This document shows, one piece after another, positions 1 through 12,589 of a stretch of DNA of 64,000 nucleotides. The first letter of the stretch is position 1, and the number at the start of each line of letters is the position of its first letter. The notes beneath the pieces were generated by a model. The model did no database searches, had not been told where the DNA came from, and was given only the letters and a program-made list of their open reading frames with translations. The DNA comes from Octopus sinensis (taxonomy: Eukaryota), in the NCBI RefSeq assembly GCF_006345805.1, contig NW_021836134.1, positions 248,001 to 312,000 of the forward strand. The letters run 5' to 3'. The position numbers and the translations under genes were made by a program.

Positions 1-762
1 TCGAATGATCCAATTTGCTGCTGCCCTTCGTGAAGATTCGCTCTCTTCATCTTCCAAATTATAACTCCTTTTAAAGCATTCAATCTATTTATTTACTATT
101 CTTACTTATTTGTTTTTGGATAAACCACTTTGCTTACCTTGGGAGTGTTTCTTATATGTGTAGTGTTTGAGTGGTTAGTAATACTTGATTCAGTTCCTTC
201 TATTTGCTTTTTAAATAATTGTTGACCTTATGAGTCGAGTGCATGTTGATTAATGAATTGGTCGTTAAGAATATCAACTAATCAGTTTCTTTGTAGGTCA
301 TACTTAAAAGGCAAGGAATCGACTTGGTCTTAAATCATCATAACTTTAAAGGACCCCAGCAGAAAGCACTTTGTTTTTTTAATTAAAAATATATTGAAAA
401 ATACTTATCCACTTACAAGTAATAACAACTAATTACAGTATCAGCCTGTATGTTTTGGGATTAAAATTATATTTTAATTGATTCCACTTGACCTATCTTG
501 TCTATATTGTATTCTCCCCTCATAACACACTGCAACAACCTCCAAAATATGAAATAATATTCAAATTTAACATTTTGTCTGGTAGATTGCTAATCGATCA
601 GACTACTATTAATCAGTGGATATTATTATTAAAACTTTACATGTGGACAATTTTAGAATCTTGTACTTATTGATTGTCTGTCAAATAAACTATAAACGAC
701 AATATTGGTTTTAACAAGGTCACACAATCCCTTTTCGTGACTGGAGCACTCGGGTATGGAAA

Positions 763-3719
763 TTAGGAACGGGGTACTGCCACGTTAATGTTCTTCCCAG
801 TCTTCAACACCTTGTACTCACCGGGGGGTCTCTCCAACTCAATTTTTAGGCCTTTCCCCAAACTTTGAAGAAGCTGTTTGTTCTCAGTCGACAACCTGGC
901 CACGGAATCCCCAAAAACGTTCACTTCCTCGACAGTTCTTCTTTCCTCCTTCACAGAGCGAACCAATCGAAGAACCTCTCGGACAATCTCCACTCGCTCA
1001 CATGCCAATTTATCCTCAATACTCCACCCACTCGGCCACTTTTGATAAGCTAAAGGCACGTGCTGTTCCTTTCCGCCATGATAGAGCAACCACTCGCTCA
1101 AAAAGGGCATAAATGGACTCAGCAAGACGAGACAGCACCGACTACACCTGTAAAGACACTGCTCGACTTCCTGGCACTTTCCAACAGCAAGACGCCCTTT
1201 GGACCCCTCCTGACATTAAATAACATGGAAAACCAAATATATTCCGCACAATTCGTTTTGCCACAAATTGCGGATTTCGGCCACAATCAAATGGAAGTCT
1301 CTGTTCGAAAAATGCTCGTCGTAGCAATTTAAAACTTGGGAAACCCGGGAATAAGCCACATCTCCATGTCCTGCTCTGATCCTGTCAACTGAGACAGTCA
1401 AATTAGTCTCCTAACCAGAGGCATTGGAAGGGGTTCAAAATCAGGTGACAATCTCATGTTAATAAATCGAATTGTCTGCCATATTTTGTTGCAAAAATGA
1501 CGAGAAGGAGTAAACATATCTATTCCCAGCTTTATATGAGTTACTACATTAAAAAATTGAATCAACAAATCAATCATTTGAACATAAACGAAAAAAAAAC
1601 CTTTGATGTCGTGAGAACAAAGAGTGAGACGCAACGCATCAGCACCAATTACGTTTCCATGTGTCGGTTTCTTGTGAAATAACCATTTATAGTACCGAAA
1701 TATAATCAAGTGGATCAACCACATTGCCCAAAGATTTACTCATCTTTCTTCCTTTACTATCGCAGACCAATCCATGTAAGACAACTTGTCTAAAGGGCAT
1801 CGTGTCGAGCAGAAGGAGTGACATGAGCATCATTCTGGCCACCCAAAAAAACACAATATCCCCGCCCGTCTCGAGCACTGCCTGAGGGTAATATTGTTTC
1901 AAATATGGGTTGGTCGGCCACCCAAAAACAGAGAAAGGAATTATAGCTGAAGAAAACCACGTATCCAACACATCTTCGTCCTGTTCCATACATTTCAAAT
2001 TATATCGCCAATTTCTGACAATTTTTCGATAATTCGTCTTCAGTTGAAAAAGACGAGCATGCCTCTGCCCCCTAAGACTTACAAAGTGACCCCTAACTTT
2101 ATTTTCTGGTGGTTTTTCCTTAACAAAACAGATTTCCGTCTTCTGTACAGTCTCAAAGAATGTCTCATCAGACGACAAAATTTGGTTTTGGCCTGTTGGG
2201 AAGAACGTGCCACAATCCACTGATCCCCCACTTTATAGGCAGGAATACGATGCCCCCACCAAAGCTGTCGAGAAATGCACCACTCCGGAGATTTGCTGAG
2301 CCACTCCTCCAGAATATTGGCATAAAACGGAGGGACAATGGAGACATGTCCATTCCGTACTCCCTCCAGGACTCTCCGATGTCCCTCCGTGCAATGCATA
2401 TACCACTGCTCCATCCTCACCGTCTCCACCACGTCACCAGAACGGGAACATATTGGAATGTCGTAAGAGTGGTCGTCGAATCCTTCATACAACCCACAAT
2501 CCTTCAAAAATTCAACTAGTCGTCCTCTTGCCTCAAATCTGTCCATTCCCTATCTGTAAACACACTAAATGTACGTCAAACTGAGTATTTGTCCCAAATA
2601 TGGCCCCCGCCTTGTTAATAACAGAGCGTGTTTTGAGGATTTTGTGCTTCATTGCCATTTTATAGTCAACTGGACTATGTGCGGGGGTCAGTTTAAGAGC
2701 TCCACTCCCAAGAGTCATAGAAACGTCCAAATCAGCAATAATAGGCATGTATTGCCCAGTCAACGGGTGTTTGGCTGATCGACCAATAAAACTATTCCAA
2801 CGTGTGTCCTCAGGGTGGACTGCAATGCCAGAATCTCCCAACATTGTTTCCAATCGAGTGGTCGAAACAGTTATTTTCTCCCCACAAGAATCGGCCAGTG
2901 GGTAGGAGAAGTGATGGAGCACTCCAAACTGAGCTTTCTTGCAATTTTTCATTTGTTTGTAGCAATTTTTATCCACTTTCATAAAGTCGAGCTATTTTTA
3001 GTAAATTGAATCAACCTCAATGTCGGAAATGACTGACTGGAGTGCAGGACACCAATTCACAAACCGACTGGCTCGGTGGATTAGTCCCATTTCATAAAGA
3101 CGACAAAATGCTTCACAAACGGCTTCAGTCGACTTCTACAAACATAAAAACACAACTACATCATCCATTGTAAAGTATTTAAAACGCAGATCAAAAGAAC
3201 AACCCAAAAGAGCCAGTTGTTGGTAGATTTGAGTCTCTTTGCTTAAAAATTGGTTAATAAAATAACTTTTCTCGCCATTTTTGCACATTTTCAACAAAGG
3301 CAGTTCTTCCGAGGTCAAAACGGGTTAGTCCTTTGGTTTGAGCGAGGTGTCGTTCGACGACGGTCTGAGTGGCAATTCCTGCGTGGTCACATCCGGGGAC
3401 AAAGAGGGTGTGGTCACTCCCCTCGAAGCGTCTCCTCCTGATCATAACGTCTTGGAGAGTACAGCCTAGGGCGTGTCCCAAATGGAGAGTTCCCGTCACA
3501 TTTGGCGGGGGAGTGCAAATCACATATTTGGGGGAATTGTCCTCAAATAGTGAATTTTACTGTACTTTGGAGACTTGGAAGTGTCCCGAGTCAGTCCACC
3601 ATTTGGATAGGATTCCTTCTATTTTTTGTGGGTCATATTTCGAATGCAAATCGCCTTTTGGGTGTGATGGAACGATTACCTCTAGTGCCGAACACAGAGT
3701 GCAGTCGGCGACTGAACAT
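763..3719 (-). CDS. VARS2: Valyl-tRNA synthetase, probably mitochondrial, with 11 introns
   Basis: Motifs [13 protein letters not shown] (HIGH), [55 protein letters not shown]-terminus [13 protein letters not shown] resembles a presequence. Introns: 3655-3679, 3542-3565, 3242-3266, 3136-3159, 2992-3015, 2550-2574, 2072-2097, 1671-1695, 1544-1600, 1389-1415, 1210-1233. One remaining 1-bp frameshift near 1352 in a short A/T run. Confidence 0.93.
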
Positions 3720-3949
3720 GCCACTTTAATTTATTTAATTTATATTTATTACATTCACAATTATAGTGCTGTATAAACTCCAATGGACAAAAATAATTAT
3801 TAATGTATAGAAACTGTGTTAATATTTGGTCTTGATCAGTTTCTTGTTGCATTCTGACGTTTTTTCTGTCATTTTCCCAGCAACCTTGAAACGCTGTCTA
3901 ACAACTTTTTTTATCTGGCCGTTTAGGCCAAACTGAGGTCAGAAAATAT

Positions 3950-5130
3950 AAGTCTTGCTTTCAATACCTACCGAATGGAGTCCCGCAAGGCTCATTGCTA
4001 TCGCCAGCTCTCTTCAACCTCCATTTAAGTGACGTACCATTCACCAAGAACATCTTACTACTTTCATAAACAAACGACATAATCATTGCATCAAGAGATA
4101 GCAATCTATCAACGGCTACAAACCACTTACAATCTCATCTGGATTCCATTGCTGCTTGGTTTACAACCATTTCACCATCTAAATTGACTGCAACGTTTTT
4201 CATGACGAACAAACGTGAACTCAATCATGAACCCTCATTTTTTGTATTTGGAAGTCGTTTACCCATAACAATAAAACCCAAAATTCTCGGTGCCACTTAT
4301 GATAGATGTCACTTAGGAGTTTCTCTACCCACGTGAATACGATATGTACTAAAGCCAGGCGCAAGCTGAATTCACTACGTGTAGTCTCGGGTTATTTTTT
4401 GGACAAGCCAAGGAAAGCTTAAAGTTGATATACAAACAATTCATTTGAACAATAATGAATTATGCCTCCCCCTGCTGTTACGTCTCGCTAACATTCCTTG
4501 AGAACTTACAATGAGTCCAGAATGTTGGGTTTAGAACGATAACGGAATGTTTAAAATCTTCCCCTATCGATTACCTCCATTGGGAAACAAAAATGCTGCC
4601 TGTCGCTGACCATCTCGAAATCCGTGGACTGAAATTTTGGGATGACTCCACGGCTGCTTATCAACGGTACCCAATCTTTGCAAATCTACCAACAAAAGGC
4701 AAATACGTGCTACCTGTTGAAAATCCCCTTAGGGAACGGAAAAAAAAGATCGGCTCTAATACACGATTTTATCTCCACGACGACCATCCGGAGACTATCA
4801 CTGAACCAAATATTCCAAGAACCTCCCCCGGAAATTGATGAATCAGAATCACTACTGCCAAGAAAGGAACGTGTGACTCTCGCAAGACTTCGCTACGGAC
4901 ATCACCACTGTCTTGGACACGATTTCATGGGGAAAAACCAGACAGAAGGCTCTGTTACGTGTTTAAACTTATATATGATCTCCGTCCATTACTTGTTTTC
5001 TTGTCCTGGATCACCGGTAATTTCGCTACCACGCGCAGCGCTTCGGATCTCCGAGAGCGACCGGTCCAGGCTGTGCGTCGCTAACCGCCGGCTTTTTGCA
5101 TGTCGGCCAGTTCGGGGCTACTAACTAACT
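3950..5130 (+). mobile_element. 5'-truncated, decayed Ingi/I-like LINE (RT C-terminal region to 3' end)
   Basis: Frames read KPKILGATYD, YKQFI*TIMNYASP, RKERVTLARLRYGHH and HYLFSCP. Ends in a tandem ACTA tail at about 5120-5130. Confidence 0.75.
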
Positions 5131-5559
5131 CTTCTGTTATTTTGTACTGATAGTGATAGGGTTGTACGTGGTTTGCCTCAAAAAGAGTCGGTGCTTAGGA
5201 AATGCGATGTCGTATTGTCAAGATATGTCAAGGTAATCTCCATCGAGCATTTCTTACAGTGGTCTTCAATCTTTTATTTGTTTCAGAAACCATTTCCAAA
5301 ATACTAAAGAGCATGATTACAGTGCCATCTCACGACTCCTTTGATTAATCTCCAAAAAATGTACTCCGCGTCATTATCTTACAAACAACCAACAAGGAGA
5401 AAAACAAAAATGACACAGTAATTCAAACAAATAGTATTCCAGAAACGAACTCTCAATTCTTTCCCAAATTACCTCATGTTGCTTTAAAACATGCCGAGAA
5501 CGACGACATCTCGTTAATAAAATGTGCTCAGAAATATAAAAATCTAACGAAAGCAAAGA

Positions 5560-6120
5560 AGCACTGATGTCTGCATAAGGACAGTGACCAACATTTTTAA
5601 ACCTCCGTTTCGTTTTGCCGACTTTGAATAGAACAAATTAACATTTTTATGTTAAAAAGTCTACTTTTACAATTTCCCAGAAATCGCGAATTTCAATTTG
5701 ACCACGTTTTCTCAAAAAATTGCAAGTTGTAGAGAAAAACTATCAGTCAATTTCTCTCTATTTTGCCGAAGGAAAATCTGGCGCGTATTTTACTTTTGGA
5801 CAGACTTGTAGTAGAAAGACACATACGCTTTTTGAAATTGTGGATAGTCCGGGAATATTCTTTCGTTTTACACGAAACTTTGCTAAGGGGTTTATGAGTT
5901 TTTTAACTAATTACATCTCAAGCATTGCTCGATATTGCTAATTCCCTAGGAAGATCGCCAACGAGACTCTTTGGAAAAGATGACGAATTTTGTTGGGATC
6001 CTTGTTTTGTTTTGCAATCTTGGTCCCAGTGAACGAAGAAAGAAATCGATTATGTGCCGATGACCTCGGATGTCGCAACGGCTATTGATAAAATATGTGG
6101 TTTCTGGTCAGGGACGAGTA
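5560..6120 (+). pseudogene. Decayed kinesin motor-domain fragment (possibly kinesin-6-like)
   Basis: REFQFDHVF followed by GKSGAYFTFGQTCSRKTHTL..SPGIF, a degenerate P-loop GxTGSGKTHT. Frameshifts present. Candidate 30-nt intron at 5651-5680. Confidence 0.6.
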
Positions 6121-6744
6121 AAATAATTTTATCATAAATTAATGTTTATAAAAGATCAATAGCTGTTAACTTAAAGAGTAATTCAATTGAATGTAAAAAT
6201 TAAGGAAAATAGCTTTTCTGTTCATTGAAGTATCACTTTAATATCGATTTTTTTAGATTAATGAATGATTTTTATTAATTACACTGTCAAGGTCGATTAT
6301 GAAATAGCTTTAATATTAATTCATGGTCGATAAGGATATATGGCATTTAATTTTAAAGTGAAAATCCTATAATAATTTGAATTTCTTCATCAATAATAAT
6401 TAGGAGCACAATATTGTTAATATTCTTGCTGTCGTTTTGATTAAAATGATAAAAATTTTTAAATACGCTTCTTGACTTGCATCTACGATTGCACTGTACA
6501 TCTCTTGATTATATTTCCAACTTTGTTATTGGATTCAGATTTTTACCATTATGAACAAGTAAAACGGAAATTTTCCGGTTGTGGAATGTATGGTGTTATT
6601 GTAATCAGAAATATCTTTGATTATGGTAAAATATCGGCCAAAATATTCACGAGAAGTACTTGCTGAAGATATCTATCGTTTATGCTTCGGTTGAATCTCA
6701 AAAAAATAAAACCATCGGGCAACTCTTCTGTTTCACCTTCCGTT

Positions 6745-7203
6745 TGTGAGAGCCCCTAGAGATTAGGCTTCGATCTGTACTTTTTTGGCGAGCCATACAC
6801 ACTCAGTTTTCAGAATGGATAATAAGCGAAGTTGAAATAGGTTTCCTCTGGCTCTCGTTTTTGTCCACTTCTGCATTATTATTATTCAACTAAGACCACC
6901 GTCTAAAAAAACACAAAATAACTAATCCGGTGATCTCAGCTTCTCTAAGGAGGGTCCTCATTTTTTCCTGACGTTCTGTGAAGCCCCTAGAGATTAGGCT
7001 TCGATCTGTACTTTTTGGCGAGCCATACACACTCATTTTCAGAATTGATAATAAGCGAAGTTGAAATAGGTTTCTCTGGCTCTCGTTTTTGTCCACTTCT
7101 GCATTATTATTATTCAACTAAGACCACCGTCTAAAAAACACAAATAACTAATCCGGTGATCTCAGCTTCTCTAAGGAGGGTCCTCATTTTTTCCTGACGT
7201 TCT
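6745..7203. repeat. Tandem duplication of an approximately 230-bp unit
   Basis: 6745-6976 and 6977-7203 are nearly identical (agcccctagagattaggc...ttttcctgacgttct). Most differences are homopolymer lengths. Confidence 0.9.
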
Positions 7204-8737
7204 TCCCTTTGACGAGTGGCGAGGCTTGTCCTCTGCCTGCATTTTTGAAAAAAATCTCTGAGTATGATGAGTTTCTTCATACATCTTGTGATTACATCAT
7301 TTGTTTGCTACGAGAATAACATATGGGATTTTGAAATGGTATTTCCACTTCGTTTAAACACAACTTTACTTTTGCTTTTCCGAGTCTGTTTGCTGAGGTA
7401 AGGAGGGTAGTAATCGACTTTCCTGGACTTGTTGATAATCGGTTTACTAGTAACCAGCATTCAAGGCCGTAGGGTAATTTTGCAGCTTTACCGCTGCTGT
7501 TGCGACCTCCCGGATGCGAGAGGCAGCCACAATATTATCCGCATATCACCTTTTGGCATCGGGAGATTCGGTAAGTTGAAAAGAGCTGGTAATAAAGGTG
7601 AGCCTTGAGGTACTGTATTTGGAAATACTTAGAGTTCGACATTTTACTTTTGGTATAGATTCTTCCTCTCCGTTCAGTTAGGAAGTTTGCTATCCATTTT
7701 TTAGGGTGGAGGCGATATTTCTGAGAAATATTTTCCTATTTTAATTTGAGATGAGGACAGGTGTAGCGGAGGTTGAAATGTGGAAATTGCAATAAATATT
7801 CTTAGCCCGTCTTTATGTTTTATAATTTCGGAAATTTGTATTTCTGGTTCTTTTTTGACAAGAGATTTTTTTAATTGTTTTATTTGTGTGAATACTCTGT
7901 CATAGACCATTTTCTCCTTCCTAAGAATACTACTCTTAATTCCCTAGTATAACGGATATCTTTGCCGATTGGTGTCATTATCTGTACGTAGAAGTACAAT
8001 ATCGCCTTCTGATGGTCTATCTTCATCTATTTTTTATTTTCCTTTATTATTCACTTTGATTTGAAGCATGCCGCCCACACTCTGGACACATAGTTAATAA
8101 GGTCCCCATGAACTGCAAACCCGAGACCATAATTTTTGTCTTATGTAGACAGCAGACGGAGATGTTGTATTAGGATAAATCTCGAGCAAGTTATAAGCTT
8201 TGCTGAGTCCTCTGCAGTTTAAAGATCAAAGAGAAAAAGGAGAAATCGGTAAAGAACACGAATAAGACATAATTGCAAGAGAGGTACGTTACGTATGTAT
8301 GACCACCTCATGGATAATAGCTCTTTGGCCAATTGACCGTTCTATACCTGGTTTACTTTTAGCAACCACTTTCCAAGAGGCCAGGTGCCATACGCTGTCA
8401 ACCAAAAAATATACACCGCAAGAGACAATGTTTTTGAAAGGTACATTCTCTTTTTAATGTGCTTCTTTATCATTACTGTTATGTCCTATAAGTTGTTTTC
8501 AATGTGAAAGGTACTTGAAATGGGTACTTCTACCAATAGCCTCTACATCTATCTTTCTTAGATTAGAATACTTGATATTGGCTTGCTATACATCCTTCTC
8601 AAAATAATTTTTATTATGCTCTACCTAGTGAAATAACACTGTTGGATAATTCCCCATGCATTTTATTTTTAAAAGAAACGGTTGAGAACATCATCAACGA
8701 GAATTTTATTAATAAGCACACCGCATAATAACGTTAG

Positions 8738-8946
8738 AATAGTGAGGCAGTTCGAAGGTACCGGATTGGGTTCAATATCACCGGAGAGGGCAAGTGACTC
8801 ATGGAAGAGGCTGAGCGCCACTTCGAGGACATCCAAAAGATCCAATGGGAAGAGTATTGAGGGTCTTTTAGTCGCAGTGAGAAACACAACGTCCGACTTT
8901 CGCCACATGAAGGTGGTCCACAGCCGTATGATAACTAACTAACTAA
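8738..8946 (-). mobile_element. Ingi-type LINE 5' fragment with HDV-like ribozyme core and 2A-like peptide, joined to a plus-strand (ACTA)n tail
   Basis: Minus strand 8860-8917: CCAC-CTTCAT-GTGG-CGAAAGTC-GG-hairpin-CTAA. 8756-8800 encodes ESLALSGDIEPNPVP. The insert is flanked by AATAACGTTAG at 8727-8737 and 8947-8957. Confidence 0.6.
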
Positions 8947-8962
8947 AATAACGTTAGTAGAG

Positions 8963-9380
8963 TTATCTGCCACCCTCTTCTGGACGCGTTTTGTTAATCG
9001 CTTCCAAGTCCATCTGTTCCTCGATAGTTCCCTCAGGTGACCAAGATCGTCTGCTGATTTCAACCCTTTTCCAATCAAAGTTAAATATTGATGCAGGAGG
9101 GTTGCTAGAGTAATTCGAAGTTTGTTCCCGGATGAGGAGCGTAGTGGTGTTCAATTGGAGATTTGCGGGAGTTTTCCTGTCTATTCTTATGATGTGACCA
9201 AATAAGCCTCATCTATTACGGATGTCATTGTAATTGGATAGAGATGTTTGTTTGATATGCGTTTTGGCCAAGGATTCTTAGGATGTATTTCAGACTTGCT
9301 TTTGTTATCAAAGACATTCAAATCCTCTTCATTGGACTTGGATTCTTTTTGATTTCCAATTCTTCCCGAAGTGTCACCTG
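8963..9380 (-). mobile_element. RTE-like LINE 3' fragment
   Basis: Decayed frame IRNR*GLFGHIIRID, typical of the RTE post-RT region. Confidence 0.5.
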
Positions 9381-9599
9381 ACGCTGTTTAAAATGTAATT
9401 ATTTTACTATTTTAATAAAAATTTATACATAAATAAACGACTTTTTCCTTAAAATTATTTTTCTCTTATTTTTTATAATATGTAAAACAAGGTAACAAAA
9501 ATTCGACGACATTTCCCGGACTATTTTGTGCTTTGATTTGGTGTGAAACTAAAGATGTTAAATGTGGTATTCTGTATTGCGACAACTATTTTTCCCATA

Positions 9600-9860
9600 T
9601 TTTATTAACTGGTTGAATTTATAATTGACCTGCAAAGGTCCAAATGTTTCTTATGTGAGAGCATATTATCAACCAGAATATAAATCTTCCAAACTGGAAC
9701 AACACTTTCTAAATAAACATGTTAGAACTAATAGTAGCGGCGATGATTTCGAATATCTAAAAATCCAGAGAACTCGATATGATTGGCAAGTGAATCTTCA
9801 TAACTTAGGCTTAGTATATCTTGATAAACCGATTTTGCTCGCCAATAAGTTAGTAAGCTG
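9600..9860 (+). mobile_element. hAT (Buster-like) transposase N-terminal relic
   Basis: SSKLEQHFLNKH..DFEYL resembles the PSKLxxHLxxKH BED-type motif also seen at 31489-31782. Confidence 0.45.
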
Positions 9861-10400
9861 TTTCTTTCATTTCTTCTTTCATCTTATCTTTCCCAGAATA
9901 TGACTTAATTGACTGTAATACTACTTTATTCCTTGTTTTTGCCTTCTTTTTCAGAAATTATTTATATTGGATTAATAATTCATGAAATAATCTCAAATCC
10001 AACTCTTCTTTGAATATTTTTATTTCGAGTCAAATTATTTTTTTCCAAAACTACCTGTCAGATTTTTTGGATAATTTCACACATTTTTATATACAATTTG
10101 AATGTATTTAACTTATAAATTTTCAAATATTCCCGACTTTTTTTAATTAGAGACAATCCAATCCATGGCTAGCAGCAGGGAGTCCCACTATATTAATACA
10201 ATATTGATATCATTATAGTAGACTGTGACAGACCAAGATAAATGAAATTCTATATTTCCAGTTGCTTTGATGTTATTCGGAAAATCCTTTTATGTCTATA
10301 AAAAACCAAAACAAGAGAAATTGACTCTGACATGCTGTGCAAAATCAAATAATAATTTTATTAGTCAAAATATCAAAGATTTTAAAATAAAATCAAAATT

Positions 10401-10942
10401 TTAAAATTTTAGGTTTTTAGGGTAAATTTTTGATGCTTTTTTAAATTTCATTCTTCTGTTTTGAAACCAAATTTTAATTTGGCGATCAGTTAAATTGAGC
10501 TCAGTCGCCAAATCTGTTCTCCTTTCTTTTGTTAAATATTTTTTCTGACAAAATTCCTTTTCTAATTCTACTATTTGTTTATGCGAATAGCAAGTCCTTG
10601 ATCTTGGTAAATCGTTAAAAAAATTGTTTTTTATTACTTTGAAAAATTTAATTAAATTAAAATACCTGATTTTTTTGTCATCCACGGATACATGGGCACA
10701 TTTGGGACTGTTTCGGAAATACTAGAATCATTTTCTGGAAAATAAAAATCAGTAGTAGTATATTCCGCCAAATTTTGATCCGTATACATATTAAATGGCA
10801 TGTGACTGAAATTTGGATCGTCTGGATAATATGTAGTATATTCATTGTTTATGCCTTCGTAAAAAAATTCAAAATTTGATGATTGGTGAAAGTGAAAGTA
10901 ATCAGGATTTGTGTAATTTTTTTTCACCTGCTTTTTACTCAT
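10401..10942 (-). CDS. Hox-class homeobox gene (170 aa), divergent, with PG3/PG4-like features
   Basis: Hexapeptide VPMYPWM, then a 29-nt intron (10637-10665) at the canonical hexapeptide-homeodomain position. Homeodomain [19 protein letters not shown]...[16 protein letters not shown]. Confidence 0.92.
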
Positions 10943-12589
10943 ATTCAAATTCGATCGAAATTTTTATTTTTAAACTAATTAAAAAATCAAAACAATTAAT
11001 CATAACGCGATCTTTCTCTCAATTATTTTCACGATACGAAATCTTGTACAATGAAAACAATTCTGAATATTTTAAGAAATATAAATCAGTCAATAAAAAC
11101 TCTTACTTGAAAAATGTTGACATTAAAAAAAACTCTTATCGTAGTGAGTATTACACCTAAACTTTTAAATCAAATATACAAACGTCGATCCAAATGCAAA
11201 AGTCTAAACTCTATTGAACAGAAATGTGGTAGTGAACAAGTATTACATAATGAAATATTAAAAATAACTCGGATCAGACAAGTTTTAAATCATTTCTGTA
11301 AATAACCATGGTGATTTTTTAATGAATCGACATATTCTATAACTGAAAATCATATATTAACTAGTATTCGGATTCAGTAGATAGTCTAGAGTTTTAATAA
11401 TTAAAATTTTTTTGCAAATTACATTTTTGGATAAGGACATGCATTCCTGGACATCTAATGTCAAAAAAAGTAAATCATATTCTCAAACGAGCTGAAATTT
11501 GGATTTGGTTTATAAAAATAAAGTGGGATTTACCCTTAATGTTTTTTGTCGATCATTTGAAATGTCCTTTCCGGTAAATCTTCATTTTTTTATTGATTAT
11601 ATAATTTTGTCTTCTTTTCGTCGATTATTATTTTTTGTAAATTTGTTAGCAAAGTGGGAAATATTTTCATGTCTTTAAGCTTTCCAGATTTTTAATAATT
11701 CAAAATATTTGAATGTACACCCAGTTTAAGCAAACCAAGCAATCAAATAAGTTTTTTAGTATTTTTTAACGAGTTTCCTTCATATTGACTGGTTGATTAC
11801 AATTTCTAAATTTCTCAAAGTCCTATCCAGTGACTGTAGGATGTCCCGATGTTCGAGCGTATTGGAGTTTATGCAAGCCAATTCTATTTTTCAAAAAAAG
11901 AATGCAGTATGAACATTGAATAAGGAGAGTTTTCTTATAACTATAAAAAGTTCCTTTTTTTTCTAGTAAATTGCTCACTATTCCTTTTCGCCAAGTGGGC
12001 ACCCAAGAAAGTATGCCCTCTCCCGAGGTAAGACAGTAATCCCGAGTAATATCAAATTGAAAGACTTGACCACGTTTATAAAATCACTCTCCGACTATGT
12101 GATATTTATTAGCTTCGATTTCTTTATATTTATATCGAGTCCGAGTTTTCTTAGTAACGGAAGCCAGACGTCTAGCTGCAGAAATCCGAACAGATCTCGG
12201 GATCTTGAGTAAAATATTTTTGGCCTTCTATTGCTCAAACAAGAAAATCAAAAGAGATTCCTTATTGTCAAAATCCAACGGCTCATTGGATTCAGCAGGC
12301 TCATTCGGAATGTTCGCCTACGTCTTCCGACCAAATCCCATAATGCATTGCAGTTCCATAAACTGAGTGAGGATACAGCCTGATGGGACATTCTTACATA
12401 TCCGAGGTGGAAAAAGTTCTCGCACATGTTCTTCCATCTTGGAGACGTTTTCTATGTACTCTATTTGTTCGATGAGTATTTGTTCATTCTTCAGTCTTTT
12501 TCAAGATAAATTTTAGATGAAATTTTGCCCTAAAGACAACCGCAGTATTTAATTACAAATATACTTTTCGTTTTGTTACACGCTATTTA

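Noticed and set aside
763-3719. Programmed frameshifting or an alternative genetic code to explain the fragmented ORFs
   Set aside because: Removing GT-AG micro-introns restores conserved proteins in the standard code.
6745-7203. CRISPR-like or functional repeat array
   Set aside because: Only two long units with no spacers. Differences are mostly homopolymer lengths, so it is a simple tandem duplication or an assembly artefact.
11900-12540. Possible decayed minus-strand gene next to the Obg pseudogene
   Set aside because: Coding-like composition, but many stops and no identifiable homology.
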